Below, in pieces: positions 29,203 through 37,760 of a stretch of DNA of 64,000 nt (position 1 is the first letter of the stretch; every line of letters starts with the position of its first letter). This DNA comes from Clostridia bacterium (GTDB lineage: Bacteria; Bacillota; Clostridia; Christensenellales; QALW01). Location of the stretch: the NCBI GenBank assembly GCA_045601365.1, contig JAZRZN010000080.1, positions 7,806 through 71,805 of the forward strand. The letters are read 5' to 3'. A model generated the notes under the pieces. The model did not search any database and was not told the origin of the DNA. It saw nothing but the letters and a program-made list of their open reading frames with translations. The position numbers and the translations under genes were made by a program.

Positions 29203-31171
29203 TGCCGTAGAACGTCGTAGTATCGACAGCGGTATCCCCTTTCACCTTAACAAGGCTGAATTTTTCAACTATCTCGCCTGCCGCGGGAGTCTGAGAAATT
29301 ATTTTTCCGTCGCCCTCAACGTCAAGAAGCAGTCCGACGCTTGCCGCCTCAGCCAAGGCGTATTCGCACGACGAGCCCGTGAACTTCGGCACGGTGACAT
29401 ATTCCTTTTCACCCGTTTCGGTAGGCTTTATCTGCATATACTGAAGTATTTTCGAAATGAGTCTGCCCGCATACGGTGCGGCAGTATTTGAGCCGTAATC
29501 GTTATATATCTTTGCCTCATCGACCGTTACGAGTACCGCGAAGCGCGGATTATCGGCAGGTGCAAAGCCGAAGAACGAGCCTATATGCACTCCCGACATT
29601 ATCTGTCCGTCATTGTACTTTTGCGCCGTGCCGGTCTTACCGCCGATGCGGTAACCTGCGACCTGCGCGTTTTTGCCGCCGCCGAACGCAACCACGCCCT
29701 CAAGCAGTGAGCGCATCGTCGCACTCGTTTCCTCCGAAATAACTCTGCGTACCTCTACAGGCTCATTTTTCATTATGACATTGCCGTCGTTATCGGTCAT
29801 GGAATCCACAAAATAAGGCTGATAAAGCGTTCCGCCGTTAATAACGGCACAAGCCGCGGTAATCAGCTGCAGTGGCGTTACCGCCACCGACTGACCGAAC
29901 GATATTCTTGCAAGGTCTGAGTTTTTAACATATTTGGGCGCAAGCAATATTCCGGATTGGTCGGCAGAAAAGTCTATGCCGGTCGTGGACGAAAACCCGA
30001 AATTTTCAAGGTATTCATACAGCTTGCTCTGCCCGAGCGAAAGTCCCATCTGCATGAATGCAGGATTGCACGAATTGCATATCGCCTGCTGAAGCGTCTG
30101 CTCTCCGTGCGGCACGGTACGCCAGCACTTGATTTTTTCGCCGTCAACTATGTGGTAGCCGGGGCAGTAAAACGTGCTTGACGTGCTGACCTTTTTTTCT
30201 TCAAGTGCGGAAGAGAGCGTAAACATCTTGAAGGTAGAGCCGGGCTCATATGTATCAAGTACACAGCTGTTTCGCGAATACAGTGATCTCATCTCACTGT
30301 CTGCATCGTTCGGATCGTAATCCGGCAGATTGACCATCGCCAGAACCGCGCAGGTTTTCGGGTCCATTACTATGCACCTTACCGCCTTTGCCTGCGTATC
30401 CGTCAGACATTCACGCATCGTCGCCTCGGCGAATGACTGTATCGCATAATTTACTGTAAGGTTGAGATTCATGCCGTTGGTCGCGTCGATATAGCGTTGG
30501 TCGCTTCCGGGTATCTGCCCGTTCTGCACATCGGTAGCCGAGATCAGCTTGCCGCCTAATCCGCGAAGCTGTTTATCGTATTTAAGCTCAAGCCCGTCAC
30601 TGCCTACGCCGTCATCGTTCACGCTTCCGAGTACCTGCACAAGCGATGCGCCCTTCGGATAATAGCGTTTTACGTCGTCAACAAGGTAAAGCCCCTTTAT
30701 ATTGAGCTGTTCGATATATGCTGCCTGATCTTCATTGAGATGACGGGCAACGACATATTCGCTTATTTTGTTGTCCTTATCGTAATTGATGCGTTTGAAC
30801 AGCGTATCGTAAGAATACTTTTCGCCTAAAAGCTGAACGAGCATAGTCGTTACGGTCTCCGCCGAATAGCCGGAATCCGCTATCTGCTTCGGCTTGGAAT
30901 TAAGCGATTTCGACGATGCACTTATGGCAAGTGCCTCACCGCTTGAATCGTATATCGTTCCGCGTGAAGCCGCTATCGTAGATGTCGCCGTCCACTGACC
31001 GAGCGCCTTACGCTGAAGCTTATCCGCCACTATTATCTGCCAGTAAAACAATGCGCCCACTATGATAGAAAAACCAAGTATCATAGCAAGGCACACAATA
31101 AGTAATCTTGATTTATAATTTGCCGTCTTTACTGCCAAATCTTGATCCTCCTCTCGAAGTCGCTCAGCCAA
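29195..31171 (-). CDS. Class B penicillin-binding protein with PASTA domain (FtsI/SpoVD-like)
   Basis: RGTIYD, RYYP, GLE, EPGSTFK (SxxK), SCN, KTGTAQ, C-terminal PASTA. Confidence 0.92.
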   Translation of the reverse strand: MAERLREEDQDLAVKTANYKSRLLIVCLAMILGFSIIVGALFYWQIIVADKLQRKALGQWTATSTIAASRGTIYDSSGEALAISASSKSLNSKPKQIADSGYSAETVTTMLVQLLGEKYSYDTLFKRINYDKDNKISEYVVARHLNEDQAAYIEQLNIKGLYLVDDVKRYYPKGASLVQVLGSVNDDGVGSDGLELKYDKQLRGLGGKLISATDVQNGQIPGSDQRYIDATNGMNLNLTVNYAIQSFAEATMRECLTDTQAKAVRCIVMDPKTCAVLAMVNLPDYDPNDADSEMRSLYSRNSCVLDTYEPGSTFKMFTLSSALEEKKVSTSSTFYCPGYHIVDGEKIKCWRTVPHGEQTLQQAICNSCNPAFMQMGLSLGQSKLYEYLENFGFSSTTGIDFSADQSGILLAPKYVKNSDLARISFGQSVAVTPLQLITAACAVINGGTLYQPYFVDSMTDNDGNVIMKNEPVEVRRVISEETSATMRSLLEGVVAFGGGKNAQVAGYRIGGKTGTAQKYNDGQIMSGVHIGSFFGFAPADNPRFAVLVTVDEAKIYNDYGSNTAAPYAGRLISKILQYMQIKPTETGEKEYVTVPKFTGSSCEYALAEAASVGLLLDVEGDGKIISQTPAAGEIVEKFSLVKVKGDTAVDTTTFYGID

Positions 31172-31662
31172 TCGACAGCCTTGTCGAATATATCCGAGCT
31201 TTGTTCCGATGCAGAGATATCTTCAGATTCCTCATCAGGGCATATTACGGTAATTATCATATCATCCTCAGGATAAGCAAGCTCAAGCTGATTCTGTGCG
31301 ATATCGAAATACGAATTAAGTTCACTGCCCTCGGAAGAATCCTTTTTAACGGTATTTATCATTATCTCGATGTTCTGCTTTTCCTTGGCGAGATTCCGTA
31401 TGGTCTGCGTATTACTGTAGACCTTGGCGTTGCGTGCAACAACGAGAAATCCGAGTGCGGCTACGACCACCGTGAACAGCGTAAGCACCGCATAACGTGC
31501 CAACTCCGCCTTGCGCGCGGCTTTAGCCTGACGATTTTTTTCTCTTCGCTTTGCCGCAGTATCATCATGCGGCTTTTTACGGGGAATATACTCAGGCTCA
31601 AGTGCGGCGTTGTCATTATAGCCATAATAAACATCGTAGTCTTTTTCTCTCTGCCTGCTCAT
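31129..31662 (-). CDS. FtsL-like single-TM coiled-coil division protein
   Basis: Position between rsmH and the PBP; TM helix plus coiled coil; IAQNQLELAYP ending. Confidence 0.65.
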   Translation of the reverse strand: MSRQREKDYDVYYGYNDNAALEPEYIPRKKPHDDTAAKRREKNRQAKAARKAELARYAVLTLFTVVVAALGFLVVARNAKVYSNTQTIRNLAKEKQNIEIMINTVKKDSSEGSELNSYFDIAQNQLELAYPEDDMIITVICPDEESEDISASEQSSDIFDKAVDWLSDFERRIKIWQ

Positions 31663-31699
31663 TATATTCACCCTTTCCTTTATTTATTCATATAAAAAG

Positions 31700-32626
31700 T
31701 CAAATACGTTCCATAACACGAAGCTTTGCGCTCTTGCTCCTCGGGTTTTCTTCCGTTTCTTGTTCGCTTGGAAGTATCGCTTTGGAAACTGCTTTCACTG
31801 TCGGTACCTTGCCGCATACACATATCGGAATACGCGGAGGGCAGGTACAGGGATTTGCAAGCTTTTGTATCGTATGCTTGACTATCCTGTCCTCAAGGCT
31901 GTGGAATGTGATGACGCACATCCTGCCGCCGACCGTAAGTCTTTCGCTCACTGTGCGCACCGTACTTTCCAAAACCCCCAATTCATTATTGACCTCTATC
32001 CTTATTGATTGGAAGGTTTTTTTGGCCGGGTGCGGACCGCCGCGACGCGCCCGAGTGGGAATAGCCTTCTTTATTATTTCCACCAACTCGCCGGTGGTCT
32101 GTATGGCGCCGCGCTCACGTTCGGCAACTATGTACTGTGCTATGCGTGCCGCCCACTGCTCTTCACCGTAGTCGCGTATGATCCGCGTAAGCTCCTTTGC
32201 CGAATACTCATTTACTATATTATAGGCACTTATGTACTGCGTCTGATCCATGCGCATATCAAGCGGAGCGCTGTGCTGATATGAAAAGCCCCTCTCTGCC
32301 GTATCAAGCTGATACGAGCTTACGCCGAGATCAAGGATACAGCCGTCTATCTTATCAATGCCCTGTTCGTCAAGTATCTTTGAAATATTACAAAAATTGC
32401 TTTTTACAAGCGTAACTCTGTCACCGAATCTTTTAAGTCTTTCGCCCGCCGCCTTAAGTGCGTCATCGTCTCTGTCGATGCCGATAAGCCTGCAATCGGC
32501 TTTTTCAAGTATCGCCTCACTGTGACCGCCGCCGCCGAGTGTCCCGTCAACGTAAATACCGCCGTCGTGAACGTTCAACCGCTCTATACTTTCTTCAAGA
32601 AGCACCGACCGATGCTTGAATTCCAT
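31700..32626 (-). CDS. rsmH: 16S rRNA m4C1402 methyltransferase
   Basis: [40 protein letters not shown]. Confidence 0.97.
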   Translation of the reverse strand: MEFKHRSVLLEESIERLNVHDGGIYVDGTLGGGGHSEAILEKADCRLIGIDRDDDALKAAGERLKRFGDRVTLVKSNFCNISKILDEQGIDKIDGCILDLGVSSYQLDTAERGFSYQHSAPLDMRMDQTQYISAYNIVNEYSAKELTRIIRDYGEEQWAARIAQYIVAERERGAIQTTGELVEIIKKAIPTRARRGGPHPAKKTFQSIRIEVNNELGVLESTVRTVSERLTVGGRMCVITFHSLEDRIVKHTIQKLANPCTCPPRIPICVCGKVPTVKAVSKAILPSEQETEENPRSKSAKLRVMERI

Positions 32627-33082
32627 TTAGTTGTGACCTCCCGAATACTTTGCCGATATCTTTTCCTGAAGTTTTTGTCTCTTATCGATCGAAGTATAGT
32701 CCCCGGCGTTCCAATTATCCTTGGACCAAAGCTCGAAGTGGTCACCCATACCTATTGCGACAAGTTCTTTCTCAAGTTCCGCAAATTCTCTGTAATCCGA
32801 CGGGATAAGCACTCTGCCCGCGGCATCGAATTTACAATCGGAAGCGGTGGGGAAGATATTGCGTCGGAATTTTTTAACTTCGGGGTCAAAGGGAGGCATA
32901 TTGTCTATAAATGCGGTAAGAGCGTCCCAGCGCTCAGTCGGATATACCGACACGCAAGGCAGCTCGCCGTTGCAGATGACAAATTCTTCACCCAGAAGCG
33001 ACTTGAACTTTGACGGGATGCGCACCCGGCCTTTATCATCGACCGTAACGTCAAACTTGCTCATAAACCTTCCTAAAGCCAT
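32627..33082 (-). CDS. mraZ: Division/cell-wall cluster repressor MraZ
   Basis: DDKGRVRIP and DAAGRVLIP repeats, ELW; RBS GGAGG before ATG 33082. Confidence 0.93.
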   Translation of the reverse strand: MALGRFMSKFDVTVDDKGRVRIPSKFKSLLGEEFVICNGELPCVSVYPTERWDALTAFIDNMPPFDPEVKKFRRNIFPTASDCKFDAAGRVLIPSDYREFAELEKELVAIGMGDHFELWSKDNWNAGDYTSIDKRQKLQEKISAKYSGGHN

Positions 33083-33126
33083 ATCTCCACCTCCTTTTCC
33101 GATAGTTGTAGTATCGTACGCTCTAT

Positions 33127-33212
33127 ATAATAGCACACCTTTGCCCACATTGCAACACTTTTTATTGATTTTTTATAAATTTTTTTATACATTTGCCCAC
33201 CTATTTACACTT
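33127..33212 (-). promoter_or_regulatory. dcw promoter overlapped by MraZ-type GTG(G/T) boxes
   Basis: Minus strand TTGCAA-17 bp-TATTAT; 10-bp periodic GTGTtgcaatGTGGgcaaagGTGT and a second set GTGTaaatagGTGG. Confidence 0.7.
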
Positions 33213-33352
33213 TGCTGTCAAATTTTACCTTCGTTTGTTTGAAAAACCGTACTTTTTGAAGTCACGCAAGCGTGAAAAACGTTCTGTTTTGAGGTGTGGC
33301 ACAAAGTGGTCAGCCTCTTTCGCAAAGCATATCCGGAAATCCCATGTATAAA

Positions 33353-33381
33353 TTGACAATGCCGATAAAAAATGATATAAT
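33353..33381 (+). promoter_or_regulatory. Sigma-A promoter for the divergent PBP operon
   Basis: TTGACA-17 bp-TATAAT with TG. Confidence 0.82.
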
Positions 33382-33409
33382 CATTCAAAACATAATGGGG
33401 GCGATTTGT

Positions 33410-33988
33410 ATGGATGAGAAAAATATTCATCGTATAGACAACAGACCGGGATCGATATATTCCGTAGTGATATTCATACTTGTATTCACCGTCATTTACA
33501 TGTTTTATCCGCAGATATCAATGTACATCCCATTTGTCGGCGAAAAAACGGTAGTGCCTACGCAATGCGTTCAAGTCGGCATAGACGGGATGCTCGATGC
33601 ACAAACCATAGTTATTGCGGAAATAACGGACAGAGCAAAAGCGCAAGTCGGCGGCTACGGAAGTGATACCGAAGTATTCCGTAACATAAGTGCAACTGTT
33701 AAAGAGACGCTCAAGGGCAACGTGCAAAATGAACTTGTAATAAAGGAACGCGGCGGTACGGTGCTTTTGAAAAACGGTGCATCGAAGAAAAAATATATAG
33801 TTACATATGAAAATGCTCCCGAGTTTACCGTAGGAAAAACGTATTTGCTGTTTCTTGACGGACACGGTGAAATACTTAATGAAAAGTACGGTGCCGTGCA
33901 GATGAATGAAAACGGCTCATTTACCGACACTTTCGGCAACAGCTACACTAAAGACGATATACTTTTACTGATAGCGGGGACGAAATGA
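33410..33988 (+). CDS. Membrane-anchored hypothetical protein
   Basis: N-terminal TM helix; V.ETLKG, GG, F.VGKTYLLFL beta-rich domain; overlaps the start of the PBP gene. Confidence 0.65.
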   Translation: MDEKNIHRIDNRPGSIYSVVIFILVFTVIYMFYPQISMYIPFVGEKTVVPTQCVQVGIDGMLDAQTIVIAEITDRAKAQVGGYGSDTEVFRNISATVKETLKGNVQNELVIKERGGTVLLKNGASKKKYIVTYENAPEFTVGKTYLLFLDGHGEILNEKYGAVQMNENGSFTDTFGNSYTKDDILLLIAGTK

Positions 33989-36093
33989 TGAAAAAAGTTT
34001 TTATCAAGCTACTGGTCATTGCCGCATGCGCGATCGCCGTTCTTGCGTTCTGTACATCCTGTGCGGGCAATTCATATGACGGTACGGCAACGGCATATCT
34101 CAACGCATTCGTCAGATTCGATTACGAAAAAATGTATGAAATGCTCACTCCCGGAGCGCAGGGACGCGTGACATATGACAAATTCGTTGAATATCATAAA
34201 AAGGTGTACGATGTTCTCAAGGTGCGTTCGGTAACTGTCGAGCGCGGTGCATGCACCGACAACGGATTATCACAGACGTATGATTATACGGCAAATTTCA
34301 TTTCGGAAGAATACGGAACGTTTTCGTATGATATGCAGCTTGAGGTCTATAAAAAAGCGAAATTTTATCTTGTTTCGTGGACTCCCGCCAATGTAGTCGG
34401 AGGCATGGATTGGAATGATAGGATCTATGCGGTAACGACACACGGTAAGCGCGGTGAGATATTCGACCGTGACGGCAGAGTAATAGTGCAAAATGACTAT
34501 GCCGCAACGGTCTATGCAGATAAGGAAAGTGTTAAGGATTCTCTTGATTCCACCTGTGTTCAGGTAGCACAGGTGATCGGTGCAGAGGCGATGAAGCTGA
34601 GGGAAAGCTTCAATAAGTCAAGCGGTAACACGGGAATATTTGCCACGATGTTCCGAAATAAGCTTTCACTTGAACAGGAGGAAGCTCTTGAAAGCATACC
34701 GAATGTCAAGGTGGACAGAAGCTCTATAACTCCGATAAGATATTATCCCTACGGCGATGCACTCGCACAAACGCTCGGATATTCAACACCGATAACGCCC
34801 GAGGACAGAGAAAAGGCAGAGTATAAATATCTTGATGAGGGCACAAGGATCGGCAGAAGCGGGCTTGAGGGAGCATATGACCTAAGCCTTCAGCCTACAA
34901 ACGGCTACAGGATATATTTGCTTTCGGATGACAGCAAGCGCAAAACGGTGCTGTACGAACAGCCCGCCAAGGATGGCTATGACCTGATGCTGACCGTGGA
35001 TATCGCAATAGAAAAAGATATCACCGACTACATGAAAGAAAACTATAAGGATATTTCGACCGGAACGGCTAACATAATCGATCCGCAGACGGGTGCCGCC
35101 GTAGCCCTTGTCAGCTATCCTTCATATGATGCCAATGTTTATGCCTTTGACAAAGCTACGGATTACGGTGATCTGTTTGAAAATGCGAATACACCGCTGT
35201 TGAACAGAAATGTACAGGGAACTTATCCGCCCGGCTCGATATTCAAATCATTGATGGCGTGCATAGGAATATCAACGAATACGGTAGATCCTTATTCACG
35301 CTTCCCGTATGAAAACGAAATACAGTACTATACATACGAAAAGGACAGATGGCGTCCTGCCGGAAGCAAGTGGTCAACATACATCGTGCGTCAGGCGTTC
35401 AGAGGCTCGGCAAGCGGGCCGCTTGATATGCACCGCGCACTGACATGGTCGGATAACATCTATTTCGGATGGCTGGCGATGCAGGTCGGCAAGGAAAAAA
35501 TGATACAATATGCCGAGAAAATAGGCATCGGCGAAAGCATTCCGTTCGACCTTAAAGTGAAAAAATCACAGCTTGCGAACAGCATGGATACGCTCAACAG
35601 TGTAAAATTGCTTGCAGATACAGGTTTCGGACAGGCAGAGGTACTGTTCACTCCGCTTCAGCTTTGTTGCTCGTTCTCGCTTTTCGGCAATAACGGAAGC
35701 ATAATGCAGCCGTACATCGTAAAATGCATTTGCGATACGAACGAAAAAGGCGAGCATGTTATAGTAAAGGAAACAACCCCCACAGTATATAAGAGTGAAA
35801 TATTTACACCTACGGTGGTCAGCACGGTACGTTCGATACTTGAAAACACAGCCGCCAACGGTACGGGCAAGAGCGGAACACGCGATCTGCTTTCGACTAT
35901 GCGCATCGCTTCCAAAACAGGTACGGCACAGACCGGCACGAATGATACCGGCGAAGTCGGCTGGTATGCCGGACTTGTCATCGACGGCGGCGAAAAGGAT
36001 GCAGTGCTTATAAGTGCCGACGAAAGTGATCTGAAGTTTGCCTGCGTAAGACATGTGTTCACTCTTTTGAGGGACGAGATACTGAGCAGTTAA
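33985..36093 (+). CDS. Class B1-like penicillin-binding protein with N-terminal NTF2/MecA_N-like domain
   Basis: Lipobox CTSC; DYEKMYEML (MecA_N-like), RGEIFDR, RYYP, SGLE, PPGSIFK, SDN, FGQ, KTGTAQ. Confidence 0.88.
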   Translation: MMKKVFIKLLVIAACAIAVLAFCTSCAGNSYDGTATAYLNAFVRFDYEKMYEMLTPGAQGRVTYDKFVEYHKKVYDVLKVRSVTVERGACTDNGLSQTYDYTANFISEEYGTFSYDMQLEVYKKAKFYLVSWTPANVVGGMDWNDRIYAVTTHGKRGEIFDRDGRVIVQNDYAATVYADKESVKDSLDSTCVQVAQVIGAEAMKLRESFNKSSGNTGIFATMFRNKLSLEQEEALESIPNVKVDRSSITPIRYYPYGDALAQTLGYSTPITPEDREKAEYKYLDEGTRIGRSGLEGAYDLSLQPTNGYRIYLLSDDSKRKTVLYEQPAKDGYDLMLTVDIAIEKDITDYMKENYKDISTGTANIIDPQTGAAVALVSYPSYDANVYAFDKATDYGDLFENANTPLLNRNVQGTYPPGSIFKSLMACIGISTNTVDPYSRFPYENEIQYYTYEKDRWRPAGSKWSTYIVRQAFRGSASGPLDMHRALTWSDNIYFGWLAMQVGKEKMIQYAEKIGIGESIPFDLKVKKSQLANSMDTLNSVKLLADTGFGQAEVLFTPLQLCCSFSLFGNNGSIMQPYIVKCICDTNEKGEHVIVKETTPTVYKSEIFTPTVVSTVRSILENTAANGTGKSGTRDLLSTMRIASKTGTAQTGTNDTGEVGWYAGLVIDGGEKDAVLISADESDLKFACVRHVFTLLRDEILSS

Positions 36094-36112
36094 ATGAAAT
36101 CGGAGTAAAAAA

Positions 36113-36817
36113 GTGTTAGGATATATAATAACGGAAAAGAAAACCGAGCTTCCCGAAATCGAACTTGCATGCAGGCGTGAAGGCGTGGATATCGAACTGC
36201 GCACTGCCGACGGGATATTTCTTGAGGCGTTCGAAGGCTCATTGATGCTCAGACGTCCCGATATAGCCGTCATGCTGTGCGATTCGCTTGAAGCATGCAC
36301 TCTGCTTAAAAAGCTCGGCGTGCGCGTTATTAACAGCGGAGCGATGGACATGACAGCGCGTGAACGGCTTTATATGCGCCTCATGAATACGGGCTTGTGC
36401 ATTCCGCGGTCGCTGGTGCTTACGGGCAATGACGGCATCGACAAGCTCGATATACAATATCCTTGCATGCTCGCATGGGATGGAAAACTCGGCATAACGG
36501 AAAACGTTTCCGAGCTGAAAAAGGCATGCGCTTCAAGCGGAAAAAAGCTTGTGTTTGAAAAAATCAACGGTGAAAGATTTAACTGTTTTATCGTCGGAAA
36601 TGCATTGATATCGCAAAACATTCCGACTATCGTGGCGGAAACGGCTTTGCGTACCGCAGCGTCCGCAGGACTTGAATACGGTTGCGTGACTCTTATAAAG
36701 AGTAACGGTGATGTGTTTGTTGATTCCGTTTCGTTTTCGTGTGAGCCGGATAATTGCGAAAAACAGCAAGCGGCGGAAACTCTTGCACACTATATTAGTG
36801 AAAAAATCGGTCAGTAA
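36113..36817 (+). CDS. Degenerate RimK-like ATP-grasp fold protein
   Basis: LG.RVINS, IPRS, QYP, A..AGLEYGCV scaffold; catalytic K, GSxG and EVN residues missing. Confidence 0.55.
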   Translation: MLGYIITEKKTELPEIELACRREGVDIELRTADGIFLEAFEGSLMLRRPDIAVMLCDSLEACTLLKKLGVRVINSGAMDMTARERLYMRLMNTGLCIPRSLVLTGNDGIDKLDIQYPCMLAWDGKLGITENVSELKKACASSGKKLVFEKINGERFNCFIVGNALISQNIPTIVAETALRTAASAGLEYGCVTLIKSNGDVFVDSVSFSCEPDNCEKQQAAETLAHYISEKIGQ

Positions 36818-36858
36818 GATATAAATGAAAGGATGCACATTTGTGCATAACATTGAAT

Positions 36859-37181
36859 ATGACGAGCAATGAAGCTAAAGTATATGAGTTTCTTGAAAAG
36901 CTTGATATAAAATATGAAAAAACAGAGCATCCGGCGGCGGAAACGATGGTTGATTGCGAAAAAATAAACGCCGTCCTTGATGTGAAGATGTGTAAGAATC
37001 TTTTTCTGTGTAATCAACAGAAAACAATGTTACGGTTTTTATCGACAGTGAGACCACTTCGCGTGAATTTATAGGATGTCACCCGTGCGTCAACACTGCA
37101 AGCATGAAAATCAGGACAAGCGATATTTTTGAAAAATTTCTTCCCGCCGTACACCACTGCGCGACGGTGATGGATATATAG
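36859..37181 (+). pseudogene. ProX/YbaK prolyl-tRNA editing domain protein, internally deleted and frameshifted
   Basis: EH.AA.TM.DC, CKNLFLCNQQKT in one frame; NVTVFID..FIGCHPCVNTASMKI..FLPAVHH in another; the central SFA/GSV segment is absent. Confidence 0.8.
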
Positions 37182-37191
37182 GAGAATATGT

Positions 37192-37728
37192 ATGGATGAA
37201 ATAAAAAATCAGGCATATCTTGCCGTAAAAGAGCTTGTTGAAATATCGGGCATCAAAAGAGGCGAGATATTGGTCATCGGTTGCTCGTCAAGCGAGATAA
37301 CGGGCGGCACGATAGGAAAAAACTCAAGTCTTGAGGCGGCGCAGGCGGTATTTGACGGCATATATCCGTTTTTTTGCGAAAAAGGGATATATCTTGCGGC
37401 ACAGTGCTGTGAGCATCTTAACCGCGCACTCATAATCGAACGTGCGGCAGCGGAAAAATTCGGATACGATGAAGTTTCCGTGATCCCTCAGCCGAAGGCA
37501 GGCGGCTCGTTTGCAACATGCTGCTATAAGGGCTTTGGATCGCCGGTCGCTGTAGAGCATATAAAAGCGAGTGCGGGCATGGATATCGGCGGAACACTTA
37601 TCGGCATGCACCTTAAGGATGTTGCGGTTCCCGTGCGGCTTTCGACCGACAGGATAGGAAAAGCGCTTCTGCTTTGCGCACGCACACGCCCGAAATACAT
37701 TGGCGGGGAACGTGCGATATATTCCTGA
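37192..37728 (+). CDS. TIGR01440/UPF0340 (YwlG-like) protein
   Basis: GCSSSE, QCCEHLNRAL, KAGGS, DIGGTLIGMHL, RPKYIGG.RA. Confidence 0.9.
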   Translation: MDEIKNQAYLAVKELVEISGIKRGEILVIGCSSSEITGGTIGKNSSLEAAQAVFDGIYPFFCEKGIYLAAQCCEHLNRALIIERAAAEKFGYDEVSVIPQPKAGGSFATCCYKGFGSPVAVEHIKASAGMDIGGTLIGMHLKDVAVPVRLSTDRIGKALLLCARTRPKYIGGERAIYS

Positions 37729-37760
37729 AACAAAGCGGCAAACAAAAGGAGAAAAATAAA

